A stretch of 62,944 nucleotides of DNA, filler included, from Octopus bimaculoides (taxonomy: Eukaryota): the NCBI RefSeq assembly GCF_001194135.2. It is 7 parts of 7 records of this genome, joined end to end, with 100 filler letters (N's around TTAATTAATTAA, not from the genome) between each part and the next. Parts side by side here need not be neighbours in the genome. Positions count along the whole stretch, not along the records: positions 25,018 to 41,024 come from NC_068984.1; 6 more parts are not named here. One strand, given 5' to 3'. The notes under the pieces were generated by a model, which was not told the DNA's origin, did not search any database, and worked only from the letters and a program-made list of their open reading frames with translations. This document shows, piece by piece, positions 25,781-37,590 of the stretch. Made by a program: the position numbers and the translations under genes. Numbering within the stretch: position 1 is the stretch's first letter; every line of letters starts with the position of its first letter.

Positions 25781-25863
25781 CAATCTCCAGCACCAGAGAC
25801 ACTGCACACATCAACACATTTCTTTGCTGGGAAATATTTCACCTCCATGTTGTTGGCTTGTGG
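25781..25863 (-). CDS. PfkB-family kinase, sixth identified exon (catalytic GAGD motif)
   Basis: tcattacag|CCA...GAT TG|gtgagt, 83 nt, phase 0-2. PQANNMEVKYFPAKKCVDVCSVSGAGD contains the PfkB C-terminal signature with the anion hole and catalytic Asp. Confidence 0.9.
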
Positions 25864-26330
25864 CTGTAATGAGATATTATGACATTAGATGGACAGCTGT
25901 GATTGGTAAACAAAACAAGAACAGCACAGCAGAGCAGACTAAAGGTGACAACTTGGCAAAAGAAAAGAAAAAAAAAATGGTCGTGAAGGATATCAGAACA
26001 TCTATTGCTGTGACTTACAAGGTTTCTGTAAAATTACAGCATTATGCAAATGAGATAGGAGACCAGTATCGTTTCTATCACAAATAACATGTCCAGAAGA
26101 TCAGATACATATATTTCCCAGTTAAATGACATGTACAATTAAACATCTTGCTGAGAGATACAATATAAGATTTACAGCATTTCAAAGCATTTGCATCTCT
26201 GGTGGCCTTAATCCTTTCAGTGCTGTATACTCTGCAAATTGGGCTGATGCACAGTTGATGAAATAACCATGCAGCTGAATATAGGGATTGCAGGTAGGTC
26301 CTTATGGTTCACAAAACAAAATAAATATGG

Positions 26331-27300
26331 ATAATTATTAGTAAAAGTAGGAGTATTAATACTAAAAAGCAATCTTTATATCTAGCTTAAAATAGATGTC
26401 TTGTTATAACATTAATTACTGCAGTATTAGACTTGAGAGGTCTTCTTATAGAGATGCATGGCACATAAAAGCACAGACACATTATGAGCATTTGAAAATC
26501 ATCTGTTATGGGTGCTGGAACTGCCAGTTCAGTAGCAGATATTCAGTGACCACATACTGCAGACATTCAGTGACCACATTGTTGCCATGATCTATAGAAT
26601 ATTAGTGTCCCTCCAGTCACTGATGCTGCAAATAGCTTGCAGGCTTATTAAAAAAATGATTATTAGCAATGGAAGCTGTATTAATACCAAAAAGTCATGT
26701 TTATATCCAGCTTAACATGGATGTCTCATTAGAAACCTGAATACTGAATTATCAGCCTTGAGAAGTCCATTCATATAGATGCATAGTGCATAAAAGCATA
26801 GACATATTGTGAGCAGTTGAGAATCGTCTGTTATGGGTGCCGGAAATCATGTGATTTCAGTCTACTGGACTTCTTCAGTAGCAGGTGCCCAGTGACAGTA
26901 TACCAACCAAACCTCATTGACATGATCATGATCATGATGATCATCATCATTTAATGTCCACTTTCCATGCTGGCATGTGTTGGACAGTTTGACTGAGGAC
27001 TGGCAAGCCAGTAGGCTGCATCAGGCTCCAATCTGATCTAGCAAGGTTTCCACAGCTGGATGCCCTTCCTGACGCCAACCACTCCGAGAGTGTAATGGAT
27101 GCTTTTATGTGCCACTGGTACAAGAGCCAGACAGGGGGCACTGGCATCGACCACACTTGGGTGGTGCTTTTTACATGCTACTGGCACAAGAGCCAGTCAG
27201 GGGCACTGGCATAATAGAATATCAACATCCTTCAGTCACTGATATCACAAATAGCCAGCTGACTTATTAAAAAAGTTATTATTAGTGATGGAATGTTCTA
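26331..27300. repeat. Diverged local tandem duplication (unit about 320 bp) interrupted by a SINE
   Basis: attattag...tattaatac.aaaaag...tagatgcat.g..cataaaagca.agaca...tctgttatgggtgc.ggaa occurs at about 26335-26520 and about 26660-26850. The unit end tagaatat...cagtcactgat...aaatag...cttattaaaaa occurs at about 26597-26655 and again at about 27215-27275, after the SINE. Confidence 0.75.
26935..27210 (-). mobile_element. SINE family C, reverse
   Basis: catcatcatttaatgtccactttccatgctggcatg...gcccttcctgacgccaaccactccgagagtgta. Confidence 0.8.
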
Positions 27301-27461
27301 TGTGTCTATATGAGAGGATCTCTCAAAGCTAATATCACAAAAAAACCATGTTAAGTTGGATATAAAGATTGCATTTTAGATATGGATCTTTTCATTTGAT
27401 TATCGCTGAATATGGTAGCTAGCAGACAATTCAACTTATGTTGCAAGCAACATTGAAAAAT

Positions 27462-27610
27462 TATTTACATTTGATGGATATTTGTCCTCATCTTGTTTGT
27501 TGTTAAAACAACATTTCGGCTGATATACTCTCCAGCCTTCATCAGGTGTCCTGGGGAAATTTCGAACCTGGGTTCTTGTTTCTAAGGTATTTTTCTGATG
27601 TTGTTGTTGG

Positions 27611-27672
<62 letters not shown>

Positions 27673-27707
27673 TCACTGCCTGGAGTCGAACTGAGAATCT
27701 TGGGAGG
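27462..27707 (-). mobile_element. tRNA-B-box-headed SINE-like element with an internal (AAT)n tract and a hammerhead-like tail
   Basis: Minus strand: GTTCGACTC (B box) caggcagtgacctg, (aat)n, ...ggacacCTGATGAaggctggagagtatatcagccGAAAtgttgtttt. Confidence 0.6.
27505..27550 (-). ncRNA. Minimal hammerhead ribozyme motif, degenerate
   Basis: Stem I gacac/gtttt (one mismatch), CUGAUGA, stem II ggctg/cagcc, GAAA. Position C15.2 reads T, consistent with CpG decay of ACGU. Confidence 0.55.
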
Positions 27708-27804
27708 CATAAATATCACAATTCCTCATTTCTCACGACTATTAAACATCTCATGCTTCACAAACAAAAATCAAGACGGTGCTAGTTGGTACACATTACA
27801 GAAC

Positions 27805-28025
27805 TTAATCCTGTCAAATGTAATTACTTATTCACAGTTTTGAATGAATCAGTTTCGAATTAATCATGCATCACTTGTAGATACTACAAGATTTTGATGA
27901 TGTGATTGTTTCTTTTTGAAATGACATTGTAGGATAGGTGTGAGAGGCTGGATCTGGCTGGTTTGAACATAAAACAGGTTGAATATTTGGACCTAATATG
28001 TCAGGCTAAAATGCTAAAGGGTTAA
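27805..28025. mobile_element. piggyBac-like MITE, left end deleted
   Basis: Reverse-complement homolog of 34103-34313; ends atgctaaagggttaa. Confidence 0.7.
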
Positions 28026-28350
28026 AAATGGTAAAGTAGAAAAAAATAAGAACAGGTGTTGAAATGACATCTAATCTCTGGATTAGACATAATGACTCAG
28101 GCAATAGATTTTAACTTCACACTGTGGTTATTTTTAGGTTAAATGTAGAGTCAGGCTGCAGAGACATGGCAAACAGATATTTTTTATCAGCCCTGGAGAA
28201 ATAAATTGTAAAGTTCATCCCTTTGGAATTGAAACATAGAAACATGAGACTCCAAACTAAATAGCATAAAGTCTCAACTGCTCCATCACTCAAGATACTA
28301 AAATAATTCCACTGACAACTATGTTTGCGTGTGTGTTTCCGTATTACTAT

Positions 28351-28390
<40 letters not shown>

Positions 28391-29494
28391 GCTCTCACTC
28401 TCTGTTTTGTACTTTACATATAAATAATCTTGCAGACACACTCCCATTTCCATGTTAACCCTTACTCCCAACACTCATCAACAGATTCTCACACACAACT
28501 TGACTAATCATAAGACAATTCTATGTTGTTCCAATATGTCCATATGTTAATGCCATCTCTTGTGACAAGTGACACAACTGATAATCTTATAAAGTTGTTT
28601 AGTATGTGTCTGTGTACGTGTGTTTGTGAGAGAGAGAGAGAGAAAGAAAGGAAAAGAGAGAGGCCTCTCTTCATTATTATATAAAATTTCCAAATATTGC
28701 TTTATTCTTAAACTTTAAACATTTCAAATAAGAAACTGTGACTATGTAAGTTAGAAAGCCCGATTGGTTTTAACACATTAACTTCAATTAACCATCCCAT
28801 GTACCACTGGTGGTTCATCACAAACTTCACACGACCACCATATGTACCAGCAATTGAACATTTTCATAATTTGAGAAAATATTTTATTCTGTATCACTGA
28901 CATGGCTTTGAGGATATTTAAATAACATGAGAACTAAATATTAAAATTGCATTATGAAATATTGTAAAAATGCAAAAAGAATTACATATCCTTGTAATAA
29001 AACAGTATACAGTGTGTCTGTGCAAGATATGTGGTGTCACCAGTAGTTTTAAGTAACAGGCTGTGGCAGTTAATGTGTTAGACTTAGGGTTGCTAGATGG
29101 AGTAACACAGTAGCAGATTACATAATGTTTTTTTAACTGGTGGGGGATGGGGGGGGATCTACTCACTAATTTTTAAGCTGCTTAAATATTTGAGAAGAGA
29201 AAGAGCTTACAATCTGCTACTTTTGTATTTTATTTAAAATTTACATCAATGATATCTTTCACCAATTAGTAACATTTATAGACAAATCAAGACCATAGGA
29301 AGTGAATTGTGGGATATTTGGCTGCTATTCATAGGCATACCAAGTGACCATGTAGAGGCTTCCTGGTATGATTAAAGTGAACTAAAACTTGGCAGCAATT
29401 ACTCATCTGTGAAATAGAAGTCTGAGTGATACTTGAGTATAGTGTACCACTTTCACTTCGTTTGACATGAAAGTTACAAGCCTTAAAGAGAAAC

Positions 29495-29822
29495 GATTAT
29501 AGAAAATTATTCATAATCTGGATCATTTTATGAATGTCTTGGAGAGAGTCATAGCCCAATTGATCCAAGACAAATCTAGATGATATGCAGTTTGGTTTCA
29601 TATTTGGAAGAGATGTCACAGGTGCAATCTTCTTAGTGAGGCAACTGCAGGAGAAATACTTGGCTAAGAATAAACCACTATTCCTGGCTTTCATTGATTT
29701 GGTGAAGGCATTTGACAGGGTATCATGTTCAGCAATCAGAACATGGTACCTTGAGGAAACTAAGTGTAGCTGATTGGCTTGTGAGAACTGTACAAACTAA
29801 GTACAATGATGCAGTAAGTAAA
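29495..29822 (+). mobile_element. RTE-clade LINE reverse transcriptase fragment (degenerate)
   Basis: MQFGFIFGRDVTGAIFLVRQLQEKYLAKNKPLFLAFIDLVKAFDRV, and after a frameshift LRKLSVADWLVRTVQTKYNDAVSK. Same family as 40750-41024. Confidence 0.88.
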
Positions 29823-30510
29823 GATATCATGCTTCCATTGGTTCGACTGGACTTTAGTCTTGGGATCATAGTGATGGACCCATGTTTCATCCTGTGGGAT
29901 AAGTCTGCCAAACATGTCCTCCTCATATTCTTGGTACATTGCCAAATGAGCCTGGGAACAACTCACTTGTTCCTGCTTCTGAAAAAATGTGAGAATTCAG
30001 GGAATCCACAGGACAGACAACTTCTGCATGTGCAAACGGTCATGAATGATTTTCTCCATGGGCCCTACACTTATCTTCACTTCTTGGGCTAGTTGCTGAA
30101 TAGTTATGCTGCGATCCTCCAAAATGGCAGCTTCCACTTTATGGATTGTGTCCTCATCAATGGTGGAATATGGTTGTCCAGGAATAGGAGCAGTTTCCAT
30201 TGATGTCCAACCACATTTGAACTGGTGATGCCAGTGCTTGACTACATCGTATGATGGTGCATTGTCACTATAAACTTCTTTCATCTCATCAAAAGTCTCT
30301 TTTGGTGTGCGACCTTTCGAGTATAAGACCCTGAACACTGATCTGCATTCAACTGCCTCTATTATAACACCTTATTCCACTTCAGCAGCCATAAAAAACA
30401 AATTCATACTAGTGGAAAACTGAAATTTACAATGTGACATGTAGAGACATGTATGATTATACCTGTACAAGTTCCGTTTCCTGCAATAACCGTAAGTGGG
30501 TCAAGGGAAA
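29823..30510 (-). mobile_element. Mariner transposase 5' half (HTH domain to first catalytic D), truncated and frameshifted
   Basis: ORF 29997-30338 (KGRTPKETFDEMKEVYSDNAPSYDVVKHW...ILEDRSITIQQLAQEVKIS...LHMQKLSVLWIP; WVPHEL-like motif) and DETWVHHYDPKTKVQSNQW in 29760-29966. Confidence 0.9.
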
Positions 30511-31138
30511 TATTTAATGGACACCTTGCGTGCGTGTATGCGTGTGTGTCTTCTATCTTTTATTTGTTTCGCTTATTAGATTGTGGCCATACACACACAT
30601 ATATATGTATATATGTGTGTATGTGTGTCTTTGAGTCTGTGTTTGTTTTCCACCACCACTTAACAACTTGTGTTGGTTTGTTTATGCCCCCATAACATTA
30701 GCAGTTTGGCAAAAGAGATCAATAAAATAAATACTAGGCTTTAAAAAAGTATTGGGGTCAATTCATTCAACTAAAAATTTTACAAGTCAGTGCCCCAGCA
30801 TGGCCACAATCTAATAGCTAAAACAAAAGATAGAAGACACAAACACACACATCATCAGAATTTAGAATTAGAAACTTCGAGAGAATGTGAACTAATTTAT
30901 TCTTAATGGTTGAACTTGAAGTAGATAAAGCTACAAATAACAACATGCAAATATCAGGTTAAGAACCCTTTTGGATAGAAAAAGTGGAAGGCTGCTTGTG
31001 GGTCATGAACCTACATCTTTATATATAACAGATGTTCTACCACATATATATATATATATATATATTAAATATATACTTTTATAAAACAAAATTTTACAGT
31101 ATCTTCAATGCATCGATTTTGAGCTCTATCTTTTAAGA

Positions 31139-31195
<57 letters not shown>

Positions 31196-31779
31196 GTATG
31201 TATACACACATAAGAGGGAAGAAATGAAGAAAAATCAAATTTGTAAAATTATTATGTTTATTTTTTGCAGAATCATAATCTCGAATACTTAAAACATGGA
31301 ACGCCAACAAAATTTCATCAAGATACTTTTTTAAAATGTACATGAAATAAAATAAAACTCACAAGGAAGGGGGAACTTATAATTTGTAAAATTTATTAGC
31401 AAAATATTTATTTTTGGCTATTTTCTAATGTAATTTCGAACTTTTTGAAAATGTTGAGCTACTTTTTACAAAGTTGATCTCACAGCCCTAAGGATACAAT
31501 TGCAAACATTCTAATGAGCCAATAAACAAACTAGATTATGCACAGAAACATGGTATTTTCTAGAGTTATATTAGTTCTTTCACTTTACGTCCATTTTTCC
31601 ATGCTAGCATGGCTTGGTTAGACATGAGCAACCCTTTAACATTTTCAAGAAGCAGGCTGCACGAGACATGGCTCATGTTGAGGTTGGCCACACTACTAAA
31701 AAACTTCAAAGTAAGTCTCGAAGGCTTTTGATTGCCCATGACTGACATAGATGAATACATATGATTAAGGCATCATGTT

Positions 31780-32250
31780 ACTGTCAGATACCCTTCCTAA
31801 AACGTCTGGACACTAGTAGAGGGGGAAGATTTTGAAGTTAGGTAAATCCATTCCTGCACAAGCTGTAATGTGACTACTTAAGGGAATTTTCCTTGTATTT
31901 TCATCTCAGATCTGTTGGTGGCAAATCATCATTCTTTTGTATAATGACACACCTGTCTGTCCTATGTAATTTTTCCGACACCCACTGCATATAATTACAT
32001 AGGTTAAATTTTCTGAATTGCAGGTGAAGTTGACTTTTACTTTGAAGGTTTGGCCATCTTTAATTTTGAATTCTGATTCTTCAGTTAGGTATAGACAGAT
32101 GCCACAATTTGTTGTTCTGTATTTTGTTACAGATGGGTTGGGGATTTGTTTCTGTTTTGTTCCAGTGAGAATGTGTTTTAGTGTTTTGGGATGCTTTTTG
32201 CTTTTGATGATTTGGTGTGTTTTCAGAATTTTTTTCATCTTCAAGTAGAA
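31780..32250 (-). mobile_element. Penelope-like retroelement GIY-YIG endonuclease remnant
   Basis: CGICLY...FTCNSENLTYVIICSGCRKNYIGQTGVSLYKR...HQQI*DENTRKIPLSSHITAC: a GIY-YIG motif with flanking Cys, as in Penelope endonuclease, with in-frame stops. Confidence 0.85.
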
Positions 32251-32494
32251 TGGAGAGTTTTTTTTGTGGATGTGGTCAAATATTTGAATTTTTGCCAGAA
32301 CATGTCATGGTCTCAAAGTGATGAAAATATTTTGGCAAATTAAATTTAAATGTTGAAGTGAATCTAACGGTTTTTGTGTGTTTGTTTTTAAATGGCTTAT
32401 AAGCACCTTCCACACTGCAATTATTTTTGCTTCAGCACATGATCTCAGATCAGGTCACTTGCTATGCAAGTACATCTCCGTAATATATCATATT

Positions 32495-32779
32495 ATATTG
32501 TGTGGTAAGAAGCTTGCTTACCAACCACATGGTTCTAGGTTCAGTCCCACTGTGTGGCAAATTGGGCAAGTGTCTTTTACTATAGCCTCAAGCTGACCAA
32601 AGCCTTGAGAGTGGATTTGGTAGATGGANNNNNNNNNNNNNNNNNNNNNNNNNNNNNNNNNNNNNNNNNNNNNNNNNNNNNNNNNNNNNNNNNNNNNNNN
32701 NNNNNNNNNNNNNNNNNNNNNNNNNNNNNNNNNNNNNNNNNNNNNNNNNNNNNNNNNNNNNNNNNNNNNNNNNNNNNNN

Positions 32780-32811
<32 letters not shown>

Positions 32812-33029
32812 CTATGTGTGTGTGTGTCCCTATCAGTGTCTGTCCCCCCACATCACCACTTGGCAACTGGTGTTGATGTGTTTATGTCCTAGTAACTCAG
32901 CAGGTCAGCAAAAGTGACTGATAGAATAAGTACTAGGCTTTAAAAATTAAGTCCTGAGTTTGATTTATTTGACTTAAACCCTTCAAGGCAGTGCTCCAGT
33001 ATGACCACAGTCAAATGACTGAAACAAGC

Positions 33030-33035
<6 letters not shown>
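32495..33035 (+). mobile_element. SINE family A, full length, internal microsatellite gapped
   Basis: tgtgtggtaagaagcttgcttaccaaccacatgg...gactgaaacaagcaaaagag. Confidence 0.85.
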
Positions 33036-33067
<32 letters not shown>

Positions 33068-33218
33068 ATGTATATAAGGAGGTACCCAAAAGTAACTGGA
33101 AACAGTATTTGTTCACCAAATCCACTCATAAGGGTTTGGTCACTCTGGGATTATAGTAGAAGACACTTGGAATTTAATTTTAAGAAATGATAAAGCAGTA
33201 GATATTTTCTATACTTAC

Positions 33219-33388
33219 CACTGACATGCCTTTGGTAGGCAACCGGGAAGTTATATCACCAGAGCGACACACCAAAACACCAAGTTCTCCCATTGTAACA
33301 ATTATAATTGGTACCAAAGAAATGAGGGCTTTACACAATTCAGTACATTTTTCAATCACAACCTCGATATTTGACTGGTTCAAAGAGC
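33219..33388 (-). CDS. PfkB-family kinase, fifth identified exon
   Basis: gaattttag|GC TCT...GTG|gtaagt, 170 nt, phase 1-0. (G)SLNQSNIEVVIEKCTELCKALISLVPIIIVTMGELGVLVCRSGDITSRLPTKGMSV contains the PfkB ATP-site strand IIVTMGELGV (V.T.G..G). Confidence 0.9.
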
Positions 33389-33807
33389 CTAAAATTCAAA
33401 GAACAGGATATTTTTTTCTTTTGAGTCCAGTACATTAATCTATTGTGCAATACTTTTGTATGAATGCAGAATATGTACAATGGTTAGAAAGAAATGAAGT
33501 GGGTAAGCTACAGTAGATATGTAATATTAATGTAGGGGGAATTCACAAAAAAAAAAACAAAAGACTATTCTTATGTATCTGTTACATACAAAGTCTTCCT
33601 CCTCTCACTTCACCTCTTGTGCAACCATTATACATTGGGCACAATGCATGGAATTCCTCCTATTCTTTCTTGTATACTGAACATGGCCACTTCCCAGATG
33701 GCTGTAGAGTCTTGTCTGTATCCCTACAAACTAAAACAGTAGTAATAATGATGTTATTGTATACAGTGCTCAGGTGCACTACAACTCAGCAGAAACAGTC
33801 GCCGAAA

Positions 33808-34038
33808 GGCAGTGAGCTGGCAGAGACGTTAGCACACCGGGCAAAATGCTTAGTGGTATTTCGTCTGCCGTTACGTTCTGAGTTCAAATTCCGCTGAGGT
33901 CGACTTTGCCTTTCATCCTTTCGGGGTCGATAAATTAAATTCCAGTTGCACACTGAGGTCGACCTAATCGACTTGATCCCTTTGTCTGCCCTTGTTTGTC
34001 CCCTCTATGTTTAGCCCCTTGTGGGCAATAAAGAAATA
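33808..34038 (+). mobile_element. SINE family B (Nin-like), full length, 18-bp TSD
   Basis: Flanked by agaaacagtcgccgaaag (33791-33808) and agaaacagtcgccaaaag (34039-34056). Internal gtcgactttgcctttcatcctttcggggtcgataaa. Confidence 0.88.
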
Positions 34039-34102
34039 AGAAACAGTCGCCAAAAGTGCATAGAATAATGCACAGGAAGTGAACAACAAATGAGCTGTTT
34101 AA

Positions 34103-34313
34103 CCTTTTAGCATTTAAACCAGCCATATCCAGCCAAAATGCCCTACCTGTTTTATGTCCAAACTGGTCAGATCCAACCTCTCACACCTACACTACAATGT
34201 CAATCTAAAAACTAACTCACGAATCATCAAAGTCTAAAAGCTACAAGATGATACATGAAATGATGTGGATAAATAAACATTACATCTGACAGAGTAATAT
34301 GAATGCTAAAGGG
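34103..34313. mobile_element. piggyBac-like MITE
   Basis: TTAA|ccttttagcatt ... aatgctaaaggg|TTAA: terminal inverted repeats with TTAA on both sides. Confidence 0.8.
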
Positions 34314-34471
34314 TTAAAAAGAAAGGAAAAGGAGTGAGGCATACTGTTGGCGAATTTGGGGAAACATGGAACTGTGTTAGGTTTACTTTGAAGCCTCTTA
34401 ATTCTAAGTTTTGTTTCCATATTTGGAATTTCTTCACTAATCCTTTTAAGTAAGAAGAAAATATTTCATAC

Positions 34472-34627
34472 CTTTGTTCTTCAAGAAAGAATCTGCCTCC
34501 TTTTTGGTGACGGAATGGTAAATGACACAAAGTTCAGCTATATTTGGGGAAATGTAAGTAAACATGGTTTGAGCAGCAGTGTGGAAAGGTAGAAAGGCTT
34601 TGTCAATGTCTGTAGGTTCAAACCATA
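34472..34627 (-). CDS. PfkB-family kinase, fourth identified exon
   Basis: ttattttacag|TA TGG...AAA G|gtatga, 156 nt, phase 1-1. (V)WFEPTDIDKAFLPFHTAAQTMFTYISPNIAELCVIYHSVTKKEADSFLKNK contains WFEPT and SPN..EL (the PfkB N/D-x-x-E motif). Confidence 0.9.
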
Positions 34628-34749
34628 CTGTAAAATAAAAAGTAGAGTGGCACATTCAGTCAGTAATAATGCCACAAACATGGAGAATACAGTTTTTATA
34701 GTTATTAGCCTAATTTGATTGGTCTTTAGGTTGTTTTTTTCCTACTTAC

Positions 34750-34864
34750 CTGGAACATTGTGTTTTCTGCAAAGTGTTGCCACAGTGAGTATTATTTCTT
34801 TAGAAAAATTGCCATCAATACAGACCAATGGAGCTTTTTGTAGTTTTTCTTCCAGAGAACATAT
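34750..34864 (-). CDS. PfkB-family kinase, third identified exon
   Basis: atttttacag|ATA...CCA G|gtaagt, 115 nt, phase 0-1. ICSLEEKLQKAPLVCIDGNFSKEIILTVATLCRKHNVP contains the A.LV..DGN motif typical of pseudouridine kinase-like PfkB proteins. Confidence 0.88.
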
Positions 34865-35139
34865 CTGTAAAAATATGAAGAAACACTATAGTACTATCAT
34901 AAGAAATATCTTAAATATTTTACTTGTTGAAGTGTTAAAAATCAATAGAAAATTGATATAGGTGTGAATGAGAAAAATGTTTAAGGTAAATTAGATAAAG
35001 CATCATCATCATCATCACCACCATACCACCACCACCACCACCACCACCACCACCATCACCATTGTATATGGTCTACTTTCCCATGCTTGCATAGACTGGT
35101 TGGTGTATATAGATACACATAGACACAAACATAATTATT

Positions 35140-35197
<58 letters not shown>

Positions 35198-35199
<2 letters not shown>

Positions 35200-36188
35200 G
35201 GGTGCGATGGGTAAATTGTTACCACTTTATATTTTTAATTTCGTACATGCACATTGTTTGTTTTTGATTTTGTCGACTACACAATATAGTAGGGACAGTT
35301 GGGTACTGTCTACAAGAAAAACAGCACCATGATGCAATTCATTCTGTCAGAAATTTGGAAACAATAAGCTACACTGCTTGGCATTCATGCTAGAAGCTCT
35401 AATACGAACATTTCAGAGTGTTTGGGGTGTCAATCTGAGAACATGTACTAAGAAAGTTAAAGAAGTTATTTTAAATTCTCAATCGCAGAATAATGTTAAT
35501 AACATAGCCTGAACAGGATAAACTACCCCTATTTTGCAGAGAAAGGTGTAGGTGGCTAGCTGTGTACCAAGGGTGATAAAAACCAAATATGTAATCAATA
35601 TCATGGTGTTTGGAGTGATCACTGGTGATGGCAACATTATGCTTCCACTCATCTTCCCACACAACCTCACACTCAACACAGAGGTCTATATCAAGTGCCT
35701 GGAGCAAGTAGTGCTGTCCTAGGTCAAGAGGGTGGCTGCTGGAAAACCCTATGTCTGGCAACAGGACTCTGCGCCATGCTACACAAGCAGGAGAACCCAG
35801 TCATGACTGTCACACAATTTCTGCAATCACATCACCCCTAATATCTGGCCACCTAACTCCCCACACTGTAACCTCTTGATTATTATGTATGGGGCACAGT
35901 TGAGCGAGAGACCAACAAAACTCCTTGTAACACTAAAGATGAGCTGAAGGCAAGAATTATGGCAGCATTCACTAACTTAAACAAAGAGACCATCCAGAAG
36001 AGTTGCAAAAGATTCTGAAGTTGTCTGGAGGCCGTGGTTGAAACCAATGGCGATTTATTGAATAAATTTACTGTCTAGTGTTTCACGATATTTTTATGTA
36101 ATTTTGGTAAATAAATCTGTTAAAATGAGATGTCAGTGTTATTTTCATTTTGGCATAATTTAGACGACAGTTCATTCACCACACCCTG
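35198..36188 (+). mobile_element. Internally deleted Tc1/mariner element, same family as 1651-2535
   Basis: Termini cagggtg...caccctg next to TA/TG repeats. Contains gtctggcaacaggactctgcgccatg (VWQQDSAP) and tggccacctaactcccc (WPPNSP). Confidence 0.88.
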
Positions 36189-36604
36189 TGTGTATATGTA
36201 TATACTTATTTATATATATACATACATACACATACACACACACACACATATATATCATGATCATATGGCCAACCAGGTTATCAGATGTTGTTACACATTG
36301 CTGGTCACAATTCACTCTGCATTGTTTTAGCCTTCAAATGACGCCACCCTGCTGGCTTGGTGAGCAAGTCAACATTCTCTCCTGATCGAAAGGGGAATGT
36401 GAAATGAACACAACACACCGTCCACTCAAGGAATCAAAACCATGAACTAGCGATCATGAGTGCAGTTGCCTAGCCATTAGGCCACATGCCTTCATATATA
36501 TATAATTGTCGTTAATCCTAGTCACATTTAGTGACAATTATAGTTTTCCTTTTTGGTAAAACATTGCAAACTGCTGTCTATTTTAATTATATACATAATT
36601 AGGT

Positions 36605-36856
36605 GGCATGTAAAAACAACACCATTTGAGCGTGGTCGTTGCCAGTACTGCCAGACTGGCCCTCGTGCCAGTGGCACGTAAAAGCACCCACTACACTCTC
36701 GGAGTGGTTGGCATTAAGAAGGGCATCCAGCTGTAGAAACTCTGCCAGAACAGATTGGAGCCTGGTGCAGCCATCTGGTTTGCCAGTCCTCAGTCAAATC
36801 ATCCAACCCATGCTAGCATGGAAAGCGGACGTTAAACGATGATGATGATGATGATA
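36605..36856 (+). mobile_element. SINE family C
   Basis: aaagcacccactacactctcggagtggttggcattaagaagggcatccagctg...gttaaacgatgatgatg. Confidence 0.85.
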
Positions 36857-37199
36857 TATATNNNNNNNNNNNNNNNNNNNNNNNNNNNNNNNNNNNNNNN
36901 NNNNNNNNNNNNNNNNNNNNNNNNNNNNNNNNNNNNNNNNNNNNNNNNNNNNNNNNNNNNNNNNNNNNNNNNNNNNNNNNNNNNNNNNNNNNNNNNNNNN
37001 NNNNNNNNNNNNNNNNNNNNNNNNNNNNNNNNNNNNNNNNNNNNNNNNNNNNNNNNNNNNNNNNNNNNNNNNNNNNNNNNNNNNNNNNNNNNNNNNNNNN
37101 NNNNNNNNNNNNNNNNNNNNNNNNNNNNNNNNNNNNNNNNNNNNNNNNNNNNNNNNNNNNNNNNNNNNNNNNNNNNNNNNNNNNATATACACACACACA

Positions 37200-37590
37200 G
37201 GATGAGCTTCTTTCAGTTTCCATTTACCAGATCCATTCACAGGGTTTTGGTTGGCTCAGAGTTATAGTAGAAGACACTTGCCTAAGGTGTCACACAGGAG
37301 GACTAAACCCTAAACTATGTGGATGGGTGGCGAGCTGGCAGAACCGTTAGCACGCCGGGCAAAATGCTTAGAGGTATTTTGTCTGCCATTACTTTCTGAG
37401 TTCAAATTCCGCTGAGATCAACTTTGCTTTTCATTCTTTCGGGGTCAATTAAATAAGTACCAGTTATGCATTGGGGTCTATGTAATTGACTTAATCCCTT
37501 TGTCCTTGCTTGTCCCCTCTATGTTTAGCCCCCTGTGGGCAATAAAGAAATATATGTGGATGGGAAGCAAATTTTTTAACCATACTGCCA
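37200..37590 (-). mobile_element. SINE family A 5' half interrupted by a forward family B SINE (37328-37552)
   Basis: The family B copy is flanked by the 12-bp duplication tatgtggatggg (37316-37327 and 37553-37564); family A sequence continues on both sides. Confidence 0.8.

Noticed and set aside
31566-31760. 64-aa minus-strand ORF next to the GIY-YIG remnant
   Set aside because: No recognisable motif, and its end runs into a family C SINE tail fragment.
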